Below, in pieces: positions 43,558 through 52,564 of a stretch of DNA of 64,000 nucleotides. Under the pieces are notes generated by a model, which ran no database searches, was not told the origin of the DNA, and saw only the letters and a program-made list of their open reading frames with translations. The translations under genes were made by a program, and so were the position numbers. This DNA is from a virus (lineage: Duplodnaviria; Caudoviricetes): positions 1 through 64,000 of IMG/VR virus record IMGVR_UViG_2773857766_000004; one strand, 5' to 3'. How positions within the stretch are numbered: position 1 is the stretch's first letter; each line of letters opens with the position of its first letter.

Positions 43558-44201
43558 AGGAGCGCCCCATCCTCTTCAGCGCGCCCATGGTGCGCGCCCT
43601 GCTCGCGGGGTCGAAGACCCAGACGCGACGGCCCCTCAAGCCCCAGCCAGCACCGAACCATCCTCATGACGGCGGCACGAAATGGGTGCTGAAAGACGGG
43701 CTGCATGTGCCCGTCGGCAGCGTCGGGCACCTCTCCGTGCGCGAGAAGCAGGGGCTGCGCTGCCCCTACGGCCAGCCGGGCGACCGGCTCTGGGTGCGCG
43801 AGGCCTGGCGCACTGTTGCCGAGGCCGATGCACTTCCGCCTCGCGACCTGAACGAAGCGCACCGCATCTGGAATGAGGCCGATGCGCCGCATCAGCCGGG
43901 CGCGGGCAAGCTACGCCCGGGCATGTTCATGCCCCGCTGGGCCAGCCGCATCACGCTGGAGATCACGGCCGTGCGCGTCGAGCGCCTGCAGGACATCAGC
44001 CGCGAGGACGCCATGGCCGAGGGCATCGTCATCCAGCCCGATGGCGGCTACGGCCTCGCCGACACCACCCACTACCACGCCACCGACCCGCGGCAGAGCT
44101 ATTTCTCGCTGTGGGAAGCCATCAACGGCCCGGGCAGCGTCGAGGCCAACCCCTGGGTGTGGGCCGTGACGTTCCCCGCGGTGGGCCCAGGCCATGGGTA
44201 G
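43554..44201 (+). CDS. Phage ASCH/PUA-like protein
   Basis: ERPILFSAPMVRALLAGSKTQTRR..GDRLWVRE..MPRWASRI..NPWVW. Confidence 0.8.
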   Translation: MKERPILFSAPMVRALLAGSKTQTRRPLKPQPAPNHPHDGGTKWVLKDGLHVPVGSVGHLSVREKQGLRCPYGQPGDRLWVREAWRTVAEADALPPRDLNEAHRIWNEADAPHQPGAGKLRPGMFMPRWASRITLEITAVRVERLQDISREDAMAEGIVIQPDGGYGLADTTHYHATDPRQSYFSLWEAINGPGSVEANPWVWAVTFPAVGPGHG

Positions 44202-44412
44202 GCGCCGCCGCTTCCGCTGGACCCGGAAGACCTACCGGGAGGCCCACCGCGCCGCCCGGGTCTTCGACGGCTACGGCTTCATGTACCACGACGAGCCGCC
44301 GATGGTGGCCCGATTCCGTGAGCTGTGGGAAGCACACCCCCAGCACGAAGACCCTCTCACCCGACCACTTTGGGCGCGCCGGCCGCCCGGCGATGACGAC
44401 GTCCCTTTCTGA
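44194..44412 (+). CDS. Hypothetical protein
   Basis: Coupled ORF ending DDDVPF. Confidence 0.55.
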   Translation: MGRRRRFRWTRKTYREAHRAARVFDGYGFMYHDEPPMVARFRELWEAHPQHEDPLTRPLWARRPPGDDDVPF

Positions 44413-44421
44413 AGGATCAAC

Positions 44422-44646
44422 ATGACCACCAATACCGACACCACCGACCACACCGCCGCCCGCACCACCTGGGTGGAGCAATGCGCAGCCCGATTCATTT
44501 TCCGAGGCGGCCTCGATGCCGCCGGGGCGACGGATTTCGCGGAAGCCTGCGCCGAGCAAGAGGCCGACATCAACGGCCCGGACCCAGCCGAATGGGAGAA
44601 GCCGGAAGACGTCGCCGACGAAGACATGAGCTGCTGGGGAGAATGA
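44422..44646 (+). CDS. Hypothetical acidic protein
   Basis: AAGGA RBS; acidic composition. Confidence 0.6.
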   Translation: MTTNTDTTDHTAARTTWVEQCAARFIFRGGLDAAGATDFAEACAEQEADINGPDPAEWEKPEDVADEDMSCWGE

Positions 44647-45899
44647 GCATGGACACCAACAACACGGCCGCCCGCGGGGCGGCATCCCAGCCCGATGCGC
44701 TGCGTCTGGCAGACGCCTTGGCCGAGCAAGCAGAGGTCCACCAAGCGAATGCACGGGACTGGGATATGCGCCCAGAGGACACCGCAAACTGGCGGTACTA
44801 CGAGACGTGCAGAGACGCCGCCGCCCAGTTGCGAAGCCTGCACGCCCTCACCACCGCAGCCCCGGCCGCCCAGGAGGCCGAGCCCGCCTTGGACGACTCC
44901 GAGGTGGACGACCTCGCCCGTGGCGCGTTCGAGACCGCCATGTCCTACGGCGTGGATTTCGACGCCTTCCGGCGCCTCGCAATGGAGGTCCGCCGCCGCT
45001 GTGCCGCTGCGCTCCCCCAGGCGGATGCGGGAGCCACAGCGATTGCGTCCGACATCTCGGCTGATCTGGAGCGGAGCGACTGGACCGCAGAAGAGGCCCT
45101 GCGCTGGTACGCCGCCGGCAAGCACTACGACACCGTGCCCAACGGGGACGGCACCAGTAGCGCACGCATCCTCGACAACGGCGCCGTGGCGAGCAATGCG
45201 CTCAAGTCTCTCTCCCGCGAGTATGCCGAGCACAAGGGCGACGTGGCGCTGCAAGAGGTTGCAGCAGCGCCCCAGGCACCCGCCGCAGCCACCGCCGCGG
45301 CCCTGGAAAAGGCATGGCGTGCCGGCTGGGCCGCGTGCCGCGACGCGGAGTACGTCGGCGAAGCCGCCGAGGACGAGGCATGGGGCGCCAGCGCTACCAA
45401 TGGGCTCGCCGTCGACATCGAGCAGCAGGCGCCCGCCGCAGGGGCAGCGCCGAGCGATGCGGACACCGTGGACCTGGTGGGCGTTCGCGCAAGCGGCGAG
45501 CACGTCAACCTCGGCAAGATGCCAATGCCGCCCAGCATGAAAGCCCGGGACATCGCAACGTCGCAGTTCGGGGGCTTCCAGGACGGAGACGGCTCGGACG
45601 CTGAGCTGTGTTTCGGCGCGATGGAAGAACTGCTGTCGTGGCTCACCAAACAGGGCTGGGGTGCCGCTGCCCCTGCTCAGGAGGCAGCACCGCTGAGCTA
45701 TTCCGAGCTGCTGGAGATCCGGCGCGCAATGGATGACTTCGAGGACTGCGGCGAAACGGACGTGGACTACAGACTGCTGCTGCGAGCCGCACTGGCCGGC
45801 TATCTGGAGTGCATGCGGTTCCGGCCGCTGAACCAGTCGCTCTTGGACCTGGAAACCGCGATCGAAGCCGCCCGCGCGCGGAAGGAAGGCGGATCGTGA
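44643..45899 (+). CDS. Mosaic multi-module hypothetical protein
   Basis: ATGA coupling; modules separated by AAPAAQEA-type linkers. Confidence 0.65.
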   Translation: MSMDTNNTAARGAASQPDALRLADALAEQAEVHQANARDWDMRPEDTANWRYYETCRDAAAQLRSLHALTTAAPAAQEAEPALDDSEVDDLARGAFETAMSYGVDFDAFRRLAMEVRRRCAAALPQADAGATAIASDISADLERSDWTAEEALRWYAAGKHYDTVPNGDGTSSARILDNGAVASNALKSLSREYAEHKGDVALQEVAAAPQAPAAATAAALEKAWRAGWAACRDAEYVGEAAEDEAWGASATNGLAVDIEQQAPAAGAAPSDADTVDLVGVRASGEHVNLGKMPMPPSMKARDIATSQFGGFQDGDGSDAELCFGAMEELLSWLTKQGWGAAAPAQEAAPLSYSELLEIRRAMDDFEDCGETDVDYRLLLRAALAGYLECMRFRPLNQSLLDLETAIEAARARKEGGS

Positions 45900-46099
45900 A
45901 GAGCCCCACCAAGGGCCGCCCTCGCCTCACCTTCGCCGACCTCGCCGACCTCGCCGTCGTGCGGTGCATGGTCTGCTACAAGGACAAGCCAGAGGAGGGC
46001 GCCCGCCCCTTCCGGGCCCACAGCGTCTGCGCGGACTGCGTGCGCCAGGTTCACCAGCGCGCCGCGGCCCGGGCCAACGCGCCCGCGCCGCCGGGATAG
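45896..46099 (+). CDS. Small zinc-finger protein
   Basis: CMVC..CADC; GTGA coupling. Confidence 0.5.
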   Translation: MKSPTKGRPRLTFADLADLAVVRCMVCYKDKPEEGARPFRAHSVCADCVRQVHQRAAARANAPAPPG

Positions 46100-46203
46100 C
46101 CCCGGCGCACCCCACAACCCAGCCCGCCACCCGGCGGGCTTTCTTCTTTCCGTGGCTCTACCGCCACAATTGCCCGCCTTCCGGGGCGCGCCTGGAGACC
46201 CGC

Positions 46204-46446
46204 ATGGAACCCGACCTTTCCGACGATGAGATCGACCGCATCTGCGCCGGCCTGACCCAGAGCGCGGCGAAGGTGCGCTACCTGCGCACCCTGGGTCTGC
46301 GCGTGGACCGCCGGCCGAATGGCCGACCGCTGGTGGCGCGCGCCGAGTGGGAGCGCCACTACGCCAATCGCCAGGCGCCGCAGTCCGTAGCCAACCCGGC
46401 GCCGCCCAGCAACGGGCCGCGCTGGAAAACCGCAGGGGTGGGGTAA
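46204..46446 (+). CDS. DUF4224-like excisionase candidate
   Basis: LSDDEIDRIC..RYLRTLGL..RPNGRPLV; directly upstream of the integrase. Confidence 0.75.
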   Translation: MEPDLSDDEIDRICAGLTQSAAKVRYLRTLGLRVDRRPNGRPLVARAEWERHYANRQAPQSVANPAPPSNGPRWKTAGVG

Positions 46447-46452
46447 CGCAGG

Positions 46453-47523
46453 ATGGGAAGAACACGCGACCGAGCCAGCGCCGCTGGCCTCTTGCCCCGC
46501 ATGGAAGCGCGCCCGTGGTCGGACGGAAAGACCGTCACCTATCGCTACCACCCGGTGGGCAAGCGGCCGATCAACCTGGGCACGGACATGGCTGCCGCGC
46601 TGCGCAAGGTCTTGGACATGAACGGGCAGCCGGGCGGTGGCCCCGATCCCACCGGCACGCTGCGCTGGGTATGGGAGAGCTTCAAGGCCAACAGCCCGCG
46701 GTGGAAAAAGTACGCGCAGACCACGCGGGACGACTACGAGATGGCATGGAAGCAGCTGGACGATCGGCTGGGCCACATGCATGTCGGCGAGATCACCACG
46801 GCCATCGTCGCCCGCTACATCCACGTGGAGCGGGCGGACGCTCCGCGGCGGGCTGATATCGAGAAGAGCCTGCTGTCTCGCCTCTTCGGCCACGCCATCA
46901 TCCTCGGCCTGTGCGCGGTGAATCCCACCACAGGCGTCGAGCCTCACGGTAGCGAGTCGCGCACGGTGGCGGTCAATCCCGCCGTGCTGGGCCGCTTCCT
47001 GGCTTGGCTGGAAGAGCAGACGCCTCAGCGCCGGATCATCGGCATGGCCGCCGAGTATGCGAGCTTGGCAGGTAATCGGAAGGTGGAGTTTCTGCCGCTG
47101 CGCTGGACGCAGATCGACGAGGTGGCAGGGGAAGTTCGGAGCCCGCGCGCCAAGCAGCGCGGAAAGATGCGGGGCGAGGTGATCGAGGTCATCAGGATCA
47201 CCCCGAACCTGCAGAGGCTGATCGACCGCCTCAAGGCGCTGCGCGCTCAACGCGGCGTGGACTGCCTCTACGTCTTCCCGACCCGAGACAACAACGCCTA
47301 CACCGCCCGGGGTTTCAAGACCCTCTGGCAGCGCTGCGTGCTGCTGGCGATCGAGCAGGGAGTGATCTTGAAGGAAGACCGGTTCACCTTCCACGACCTT
47401 CGCGCCTACTACGCCACGATGCACAAGAAGGACCGCGGACACCTGCCTGACATGCACAAAAATGCAGCAGTCACGGCCCAGGTTTACGACCGCTCAAGGG
47501 AGGTCCCGCGCGAGGCCCTTTGA
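46453..47523 (+). CDS. int: Tyrosine integrase
   Basis: GNRKVE (R), FHDLRAY (HxxR), MHKN..VYDR (H/Y); adjacent to a tRNA. Confidence 0.93.
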   Translation: MGRTRDRASAAGLLPRMEARPWSDGKTVTYRYHPVGKRPINLGTDMAAALRKVLDMNGQPGGGPDPTGTLRWVWESFKANSPRWKKYAQTTRDDYEMAWKQLDDRLGHMHVGEITTAIVARYIHVERADAPRRADIEKSLLSRLFGHAIILGLCAVNPTTGVEPHGSESRTVAVNPAVLGRFLAWLEEQTPQRRIIGMAAEYASLAGNRKVEFLPLRWTQIDEVAGEVRSPRAKQRGKMRGEVIEVIRITPNLQRLIDRLKALRAQRGVDCLYVFPTRDNNAYTARGFKTLWQRCVLLAIEQGVILKEDRFTFHDLRAYYATMHKKDRGHLPDMHKNAAVTAQVYDRSREVPREAL

Positions 47524-47554
47524 GACAATATTCCCACCGTGGGAATAAAACGAG

Positions 47555-47589
47555 AAAGCCGCTACAACTTTAATAGCTGCAGCGGCTTT
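47555..47589. terminator. Bidirectional terminator between int and tRNA-His
   Basis: AAAGCCGCT..AGCGGCTTT inverted repeat. Confidence 0.6.
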
Positions 47590-47596
47590 GCTTATC

Positions 47597-47673
47597 TGGG
47601 GTGGCTGATGGGACTCGAACCCACGACGACAGGAATCACAATCCTGGACTCTACCAACTGAGCTACAGCCACC
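47597..47673 (-). tRNA. tRNA-His(GTG), integration site of prophage 1
   Basis: GGTGGCTGTAGCTCAGTTGGTAGAGTCCAGGATTGTGATTCCTG...GGTTCGAGTCCCATCAGCCACCCCA; 8-bp acceptor stem with G-1. Confidence 0.97.
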
Positions 47674-47724
47674 GTAGCCTTGAATTATAGCCGGATAAAA
47701 ACCCCTCCGGCCATGTTCACAGCA

Positions 47725-49653
47725 TCAATTTTCCGCGGCGGGGGTGCCGTCGCCCGTCGGGCGGGCCACCTTGAACTGGACCTTGAAGCGATCCTTGAGC
47801 AGTTCGTAGTAGGCCATGGCCTCGGCCTGGGCCTCGGCTTCGGCGTACTGCTGATGCTGCTGGCGGGCCACGGCCGGGTCCGACGGGTCGCGCGGCACGA
47901 TGCGGGTCACCTTGACGACGGCGTAGCCCTGGGCGCCCAGGGGGGTGCCGGCGAAAGCGGGCAGCGTGTCGGCATTCACCTGCAGGGCGGCGTCCACCAC
48001 GGGGCGCGGCTGGCCTTCGGGCTTGTCGCGCGAGATGGTGACGAGGTTGCCCAGGCCGGTGGCGCTGGCCGGCGCGGCCTTCCAGGCGGCCAGCCTGGCC
48101 TCGCCTTCCTTGCGTGCCAGTTCGGCGGAGCGATCGGCCACGAACAGCTCGCGCACGCGGGCCTTCACCTGGTCGAAGGCCGGGGTGGAAGCCGGCGTGT
48201 AGGCAGCGACGCGGCCGGCCACCAGGGTGCTGGGCGCCGTTTCGATGGCTTCGGTGTTGCGCTTGTTCTGCACGGAGTCGGCGGCGAACAGCGCCTCCAG
48301 GAAGCGGCCGTTGGCCAGCGGGCCCTGGGCGCCGGGCAGCGGCGTGCGCGCGACGCCGCTGGCTGTCTGCACCTTCAGCTTGAGCTTGTCGGCCACGGGC
48401 TGCAGGCTGTCCGCCTGCTCGTACACGGTGTTGGAGAACACCTCGGCCAGTTCGGCGAACTTGCGTTGCGCCTGCTGCTGCTTGGCTTCCGTCTCCAGCT
48501 TGGCACGCACTTCCTCGAAGGTCGGCTGCCTGGGCGTCTTGACGTCGTTGAGCTGGATGATGTGGTAGCCGTACTCGCTTTCCACCAGGTCGCTGATGTC
48601 GCCCTTCTTCATCGAGAAGGCGGCGTCCTCGAACGGCTTGACCATGTCGCCGCGCTTGAAGAAGCCGAGGTCGCCGCCGGAGGGCGCGGAGCCGGTGTCC
48701 TGCGAATTCTTGCGGGCCACCTCTGCGAAGGTGCCGGGCGCCTTGCGCACCTGCTCCAGCAGCGCCTGCGCGCGGGCCCTGGCCTTCTCGCGGTCGGCGG
48801 CGGGGGCGTCCTTGGGGGCATTGATCAGGATGTGGCTGGCGCGGCGCTCTTCCTTGCCGGCGAGGCGCTCCAGGTTTTCCTTGTAGTAGCTGCGCAGGTC
48901 GTCCTCGCTCAGCGTGATGCTGGCGCGCACGGCGTCCAGGTCGAGCACCACGTACTGCACGTCCGCATGCTCGGGCTGGCGGAACTGCGCTTCGTGGGCC
49001 TTGTAGTAGGACTGCAGTTCGTCGTCGGTGGGCGCGACCTTGGCGGCGAAGTCCTTGGCGTCGAAACGGGCGACCTGGATCTCGCGGCGCTGGTAGAGCG
49101 CGTCCAGCGCGAGGCGCGCCGGCTCCTGGCCAGCGAACGCGGAGCCCAGCACGCCGCCCATCACCTGGCTGAGGGAGAGTTCGCGGCGTACGTTGGATTC
49201 GAAGCCCTCGGGCGTGAGGCCCTGCGAGCCCACCAGTGCGCGATAGGCCTCTGCGTCCAGCGAGCCATCGGGGCGCTTGAGCGCGGCGATGGCGGGAATG
49301 CCCTGCAGCGTGCGGGCCAGCTGGGCGTCGCTCGTGACCAGGTGCATCTTGACGGCGGCGGCCTGCATCACGCGGTCGCGCACCAGGCGCTCCAGCGTGG
49401 CGTAGCGGGCGCGGGGCGAATCCAGCAGCCTGGCATCGACCGAGGGCGACTGCGCGCGGATGCGGTCGGTTTCCATCCGGTGCGCGTTGTCCCAGTCATC
49501 CTGGGTGATGTCATGGCCATCCACGCGCGCCACCACGGCGCTCTTGCTGGTGAAGTAGTTCCGGTCGATGCCCACGAGCACAAACGACGGAATGATCAGC
49601 AAGAACAGCACGATCATGACGACCTTGGAGTGCTTGCGGATGGATTCGAACAT
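47725..49653 (-). CDS. ppiD: Periplasmic chaperone/peptidyl-prolyl isomerase D (host gene)
   Basis: N-terminal TM, SurA-N domain, parvulin motifs RASHILI, SQDTGSAPSGGDLG and YGYHII. Confidence 0.93.
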   Translation of the reverse strand: MFESIRKHSKVVMIVLFLLIIPSFVLVGIDRNYFTSKSAVVARVDGHDITQDDWDNAHRMETDRIRAQSPSVDARLLDSPRARYATLERLVRDRVMQAAAVKMHLVTSDAQLARTLQGIPAIAALKRPDGSLDAEAYRALVGSQGLTPEGFESNVRRELSLSQVMGGVLGSAFAGQEPARLALDALYQRREIQVARFDAKDFAAKVAPTDDELQSYYKAHEAQFRQPEHADVQYVVLDLDAVRASITLSEDDLRSYYKENLERLAGKEERRASHILINAPKDAPAADREKARARAQALLEQVRKAPGTFAEVARKNSQDTGSAPSGGDLGFFKRGDMVKPFEDAAFSMKKGDISDLVESEYGYHIIQLNDVKTPRQPTFEEVRAKLETEAKQQQAQRKFAELAEVFSNTVYEQADSLQPVADKLKLKVQTASGVARTPLPGAQGPLANGRFLEALFAADSVQNKRNTEAIETAPSTLVAGRVAAYTPASTPAFDQVKARVRELFVADRSAELARKEGEARLAAWKAAPASATGLGNLVTISRDKPEGQPRPVVDAALQVNADTLPAFAGTPLGAQGYAVVKVTRIVPRDPSDPAVARQQHQQYAEAEAQAEAMAYYELLKDRFKVQFKVARPTGDGTPAAEN

Positions 49654-49681
49654 GGTTTCGATCTTTCAGTGGCGACAAAAG

Positions 49682-49707
49682 AAAAGGCGAACTCTCGTTC
49701 GCCTTTT
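49682..49707 (-). terminator. Host terminator downstream of tRNA-Val
   Basis: AAAAGGCGAAC-TCTC-GTTCGCCTTTT. Confidence 0.75.
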
Positions 49708-49713
49708 GATCGG

Positions 49714-49760
49714 TGGTGGGTGCTGACGGGGTCGAACCGCCGACCTACGCCTTGTAAGGG
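49714..49760 (-). repeat. 3' fragment of tRNA-Val(TAC), att core of prophage 2
   Basis: CCCTTACAAGGCGTAGGTCGGCGGTTCGACCCCGTCAGCACCCACCA; the D arm and 5' acceptor strand are absent. Confidence 0.9.
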
Positions 49761-49777
49761 ATTAGACTACCCTTGCA

Positions 49778-49790
49778 AATCAATAGGTTA
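49778..49790 (+). promoter_or_regulatory. IHF-binding consensus in the att arm
   Basis: AATCAATAGGTTA matches WATCAANNNNTTR, 17 bp from the att core. Confidence 0.6.
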
Positions 49791-49844
49791 GAAGCCTTGC
49801 CAACTAGCCAGTGCCACCCACGGCGGGCAACTTAGAATTTTACT

Positions 49845-51008
49845 TCACCGCCCCGGATCGCCCTTTGGTTCTGCGGGGCTACCGAAGCCCCCCATGGCGC
49901 ACATGTTCTGGGCCACCAACGACACGTCCGGCACCGACGAGACCGGCGCGCCCTCTTCCTTCTGCTGCGTGCCCGGCCCCACCAGCTCGTCCAGCAGCGC
50001 CCTGACGCTTCGGCCCAGTGTCAAGGCCTGAGCGGGATCGCCGGTCAGCATAGGACCGACCGCGCCCACCAAGATGGTGGTGAGTTCCTGGCGCTGTGCG
50101 GCGCGAGTGTCCAGCTTGATGATCTCAGGGCCGGCGACAGGCTTGGCGTCCAGCAACGTGTAGCTTCCCTCGAATGCCTGCGCCGGCGAGTACGACAGGT
50201 AGCCGTCCGCGTACTGCACGTAGTAGCCGCCGGGCTGTGGCCGGTGCTTGTTCACGTACTCGGCTGACACCTCGAACGGGGGGTATTCCTGCTCCTCGGG
50301 GTAGATCATGGCCCCATAGGAGGAGGAGCACGAAAGCCCCGTGCGGTCCGGGTTCGGGTTGTGCGCGACATCCTTGATCTTGAGGGCCCACACGTGCTTG
50401 TGGCTCTGGTACCGGGGCAATTCTTTGGAAATCTCCATGGTCTTCAAGCCCCCGGTGGTGAGGGGTGCGCTCGGCCCGGCTGCCGCCAACTCCTCGGCGG
50501 TCGGCGTCCACCCCTGGTTGCGGCCGGCTTCGGCGATGCACTCGCGCGAATGGCCGAAGCCGTCCGTGGACATGCAGCGCTCACCCTTGCAGCGCACCTG
50601 GGCGTGGAGCTTGTCGCGCAGCCGGAAGCCCAGCAGCGGCCAGATCTTCGCCACGGCATTCTCCTTGGCGATCCGGCGGCCGATCTCGGCGTTGAAGTTC
50701 TCGGGGCTGGCGCAGGCCGACTCGCCCGTCACCGTGAAGCCGTTGCGCAGTCGCAGAACGCAGAAGGTCAGCAGACCGAGCGAACCGGGCGCCTCGAAGG
50801 TGAACGGTCGAAGCACACCGTCCGGCGATGCCGCGTTGTAGCCAGCGCCCGCCACGCCATCGAAGGCCGTGAAGTAGTGCTCGCCGACGATCTCGGCCTC
50901 GATGTCGGCCGGCGTGACGCGCGGCGCCACGCTGGCGCGGGCCTGGATGTCGCGCTCGAGGGCGTCGGGGCCGGGGTGGCGGACGGAAAGGGTGATGGGG
51001 TCGTTCAT
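49845..51008 (-). CDS. Multidomain protein: N4 Gp49/Sf6 gp66-family domain plus a GYYVQYADGYLSYSP domain
   Basis: LTFCVLRLRNGFTVTGESACASPENFNAEIGRRIA..IWPLLGF; ATG at 51008 coupled to the o-spanin stop. Confidence 0.8.
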   Translation of the reverse strand: MNDPITLSVRHPGPDALERDIQARASVAPRVTPADIEAEIVGEHYFTAFDGVAGAGYNAASPDGVLRPFTFEAPGSLGLLTFCVLRLRNGFTVTGESACASPENFNAEIGRRIAKENAVAKIWPLLGFRLRDKLHAQVRCKGERCMSTDGFGHSRECIAEAGRNQGWTPTAEELAAAGPSAPLTTGGLKTMEISKELPRYQSHKHVWALKIKDVAHNPNPDRTGLSCSSSYGAMIYPEEQEYPPFEVSAEYVNKHRPQPGGYYVQYADGYLSYSPAQAFEGSYTLLDAKPVAGPEIIKLDTRAAQRQELTTILVGAVGPMLTGDPAQALTLGRSVRALLDELVGPGTQQKEEGAPVSSVPDVSLVAQNMCAMGGFGSPAEPKGDPGR

Positions 51009-51310
51009 GGTGTGCTTCCTTGGGTGCCGGCATCCGGCCGGCTCGGGTTGATGGGGGCGCGGCACGCTTCCAGGGCCGTGAGCAGCTCGCCCTCGTAGCC
51101 CTCACGCCGTTCGATTTCGGCCTGGGCGGCCTTGGTGAAGTCGTCGACGGTCGCGCCGGCTCGAAGCGCATCGGTGGGCATCACCGGCCGGGCGGGCACA
51201 GGCTCCTGGCACTCCACCGGCACCGACACGTTGACCCGCTGGATCTCCACGCGTGGCGCGCCCGCACAGCCGGCCAGCAGCGCCGCCAGGATCAGGACGG
51301 CCGCCCTCAT
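51005..51310 (-). CDS. o-spanin lipoprotein
   Basis: Lipobox LAGC; close homolog of 1115..1384. Confidence 0.78.
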   Translation of the reverse strand: MRAAVLILAALLAGCAGAPRVEIQRVNVSVPVECQEPVPARPVMPTDALRAGATVDDFTKAAQAEIERREGYEGELLTALEACRAPINPSRPDAGTQGSTP

Positions 51311-51672
51311 GGCCGCGCCCTACCCAGCAGCCAGGCGTCTACCCGATGCTGCGCGCTGGCGCATGCATCGCCGGGCACGGCCGGGGGCACTGCAAGGATG
51401 GTGTCGGCCTTGCGGTTGTGGTCTGCGGCACGGTCCGCGGCCGCGCGCCGGGCTGGCGCCGCAGTCTCCGCTCGCTTGTTCGCGAGCGTGCGCATCTCGT
51501 CCACGGAGGCGCTGCAGGCCTCGGCCGCGCCGCGCACGCCCGCCAGCTCCTGGCCCTTTGCCGACACCGCGGCGCGCGCCTCGGTCGCAGCGTCGCGCTC
51601 ACCCAGATACGCCCACCCGAGCAGCCCATTGGCCGCCAGGCTGACCAGCAGGATGATCTGCAGAGGCGTCAT
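51307..51672 (-). CDS. i-spanin
   Basis: TM plus coiled coil; close homolog of 1381..1746. Confidence 0.78.
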   Translation of the reverse strand: MTPLQIILLVSLAANGLLGWAYLGERDAATEARAAVSAKGQELAGVRGAAEACSASVDEMRTLANKRAETAAPARRAAADRAADHNRKADTILAVPPAVPGDACASAQHRVDAWLLGRARP

Positions 51673-51935
51673 CGCAGCGCCTCGCAGTCCTTCCTGTCGC
51701 GATAGCCAGACTGCGCCGAGGCGTAGCACGCCCGGCGCTCTCCGTCGGCCCGGGCGTCCTTCTGCCCGCACTGCTCCAGCACGGCGCCTGCATCGATGTA
51801 CCAGGCCGGCGCCAGATCCGCCTCGCTGGTGGCGATCTGCAGCAGGGTGCATGCCTGATGGGCCGTGCTGGTGGGCACCACCGTACAGGCAGAGAGCGCC
51901 AGGGCAGCGCATACAGCGATCGCAAAGTTCTTCAT
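51669..51935 (-). CDS. Cys-rich lipoprotein in lysis cassette
   Basis: Lipobox LSAC, four further Cys residues, GGAGG RBS. Confidence 0.7.
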   Translation of the reverse strand: MKNFAIAVCAALALSACTVVPTSTAHQACTLLQIATSEADLAPAWYIDAGAVLEQCGQKDARADGERRACYASAQSGYRDRKDCEALR

Positions 51936-52564
51936 GGTGTCAACCTCCATTCACGGCAGATTTCGTCGTTGCTGTCGCCGCGGAGCTGCAGCCCGGGCAG
52001 TACCGTGGACACGCCGCGCACGGTGCCGCGGTTCCAGCGGGGGTTCTCCCGGCACGCGCCCTCGAGGTCGCCACGGTTGGCCTTCGCGCGCATGGTGCTG
52101 CCCTCCAGCGCCTGCGGCCCCTTGTTCCACACGAAGTCGATGAACGTGGCCTGAGCGAAAGCGTCGTAGGTGGGCCAGTGCCGCAGCAGCCGCGCCGCGT
52201 CGCGCTCGGCCTGGATGTACCGGGCCCGCTCCAGTTGGTAGCAGTCGGCCGGGCTGTAGTAGCGCCGGGCGTCCACCTCCGGGCCGGTGACGCCGTTGCA
52301 CACGGTCAGCGGCTGCCCGCGGCCTGCGCGGTCGATGTAGGGCGTGCCGATGTGCCGCCCGCTGGACTCGTATTCCGATCCCATGACCATGGCGATCTTC
52401 ACGGCCGGCGACGTGCCGGGGTCGGCAGCCACGGCCTGCACGTATTCATTGCGCTGCGCGGCGTCGGTGGCGTGCTGCGCAATGTAGGTGCCGCCGCCCA
52501 GGCCGGCCAGCAGCACCAGGGCTGCCAGCTTCTGCGCCAGCTGGCGCGGGACGCGGCTGGTCAC
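51932..52564 (-). CDS. Phage lysozyme (GH24-like), probable SAR endolysin
   Basis: N-terminal Gly/Ala-rich hydrophobic segment; E..PYID..TVCNGVTG, FVWNKG and PGLQLR motifs. Confidence 0.88.
   Translation of the reverse strand: MTSRVPRQLAQKLAALVLLAGLGGGTYIAQHATDAAQRNEYVQAVAADPGTSPAVKIAMVMGSEYESSGRHIGTPYIDRAGRGQPLTVCNGVTGPEVDARRYYSPADCYQLERARYIQAERDAARLLRHWPTYDAFAQATFIDFVWNKGPQALEGSTMRAKANRGDLEGACRENPRWNRGTVRGVSTVLPGLQLRGDSNDEICREWRLTP

Larger units (their letters stand above)
1..47596. mobile_element. Prophage 1, lambdoid/HK97-like siphovirus integrated at the 3' end of tRNA-His; left boundary outside the window
   Basis: Continuous lysis-tail-head-terminase-Q-replication-cII-cro-cI-early genes-xis-integrase order ending next to tRNA-His. 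Confidence 0.95.

Noticed and set aside
49714-49790. Intact tRNA-Val
   Set aside because: Only the anticodon loop to CCA is present; the 5' half is replaced by phage arm sequence, so it is an att remnant.
47680-49791. 703-aa plus-strand ORF
   Set aside because: Antisense shadow of ppiD.
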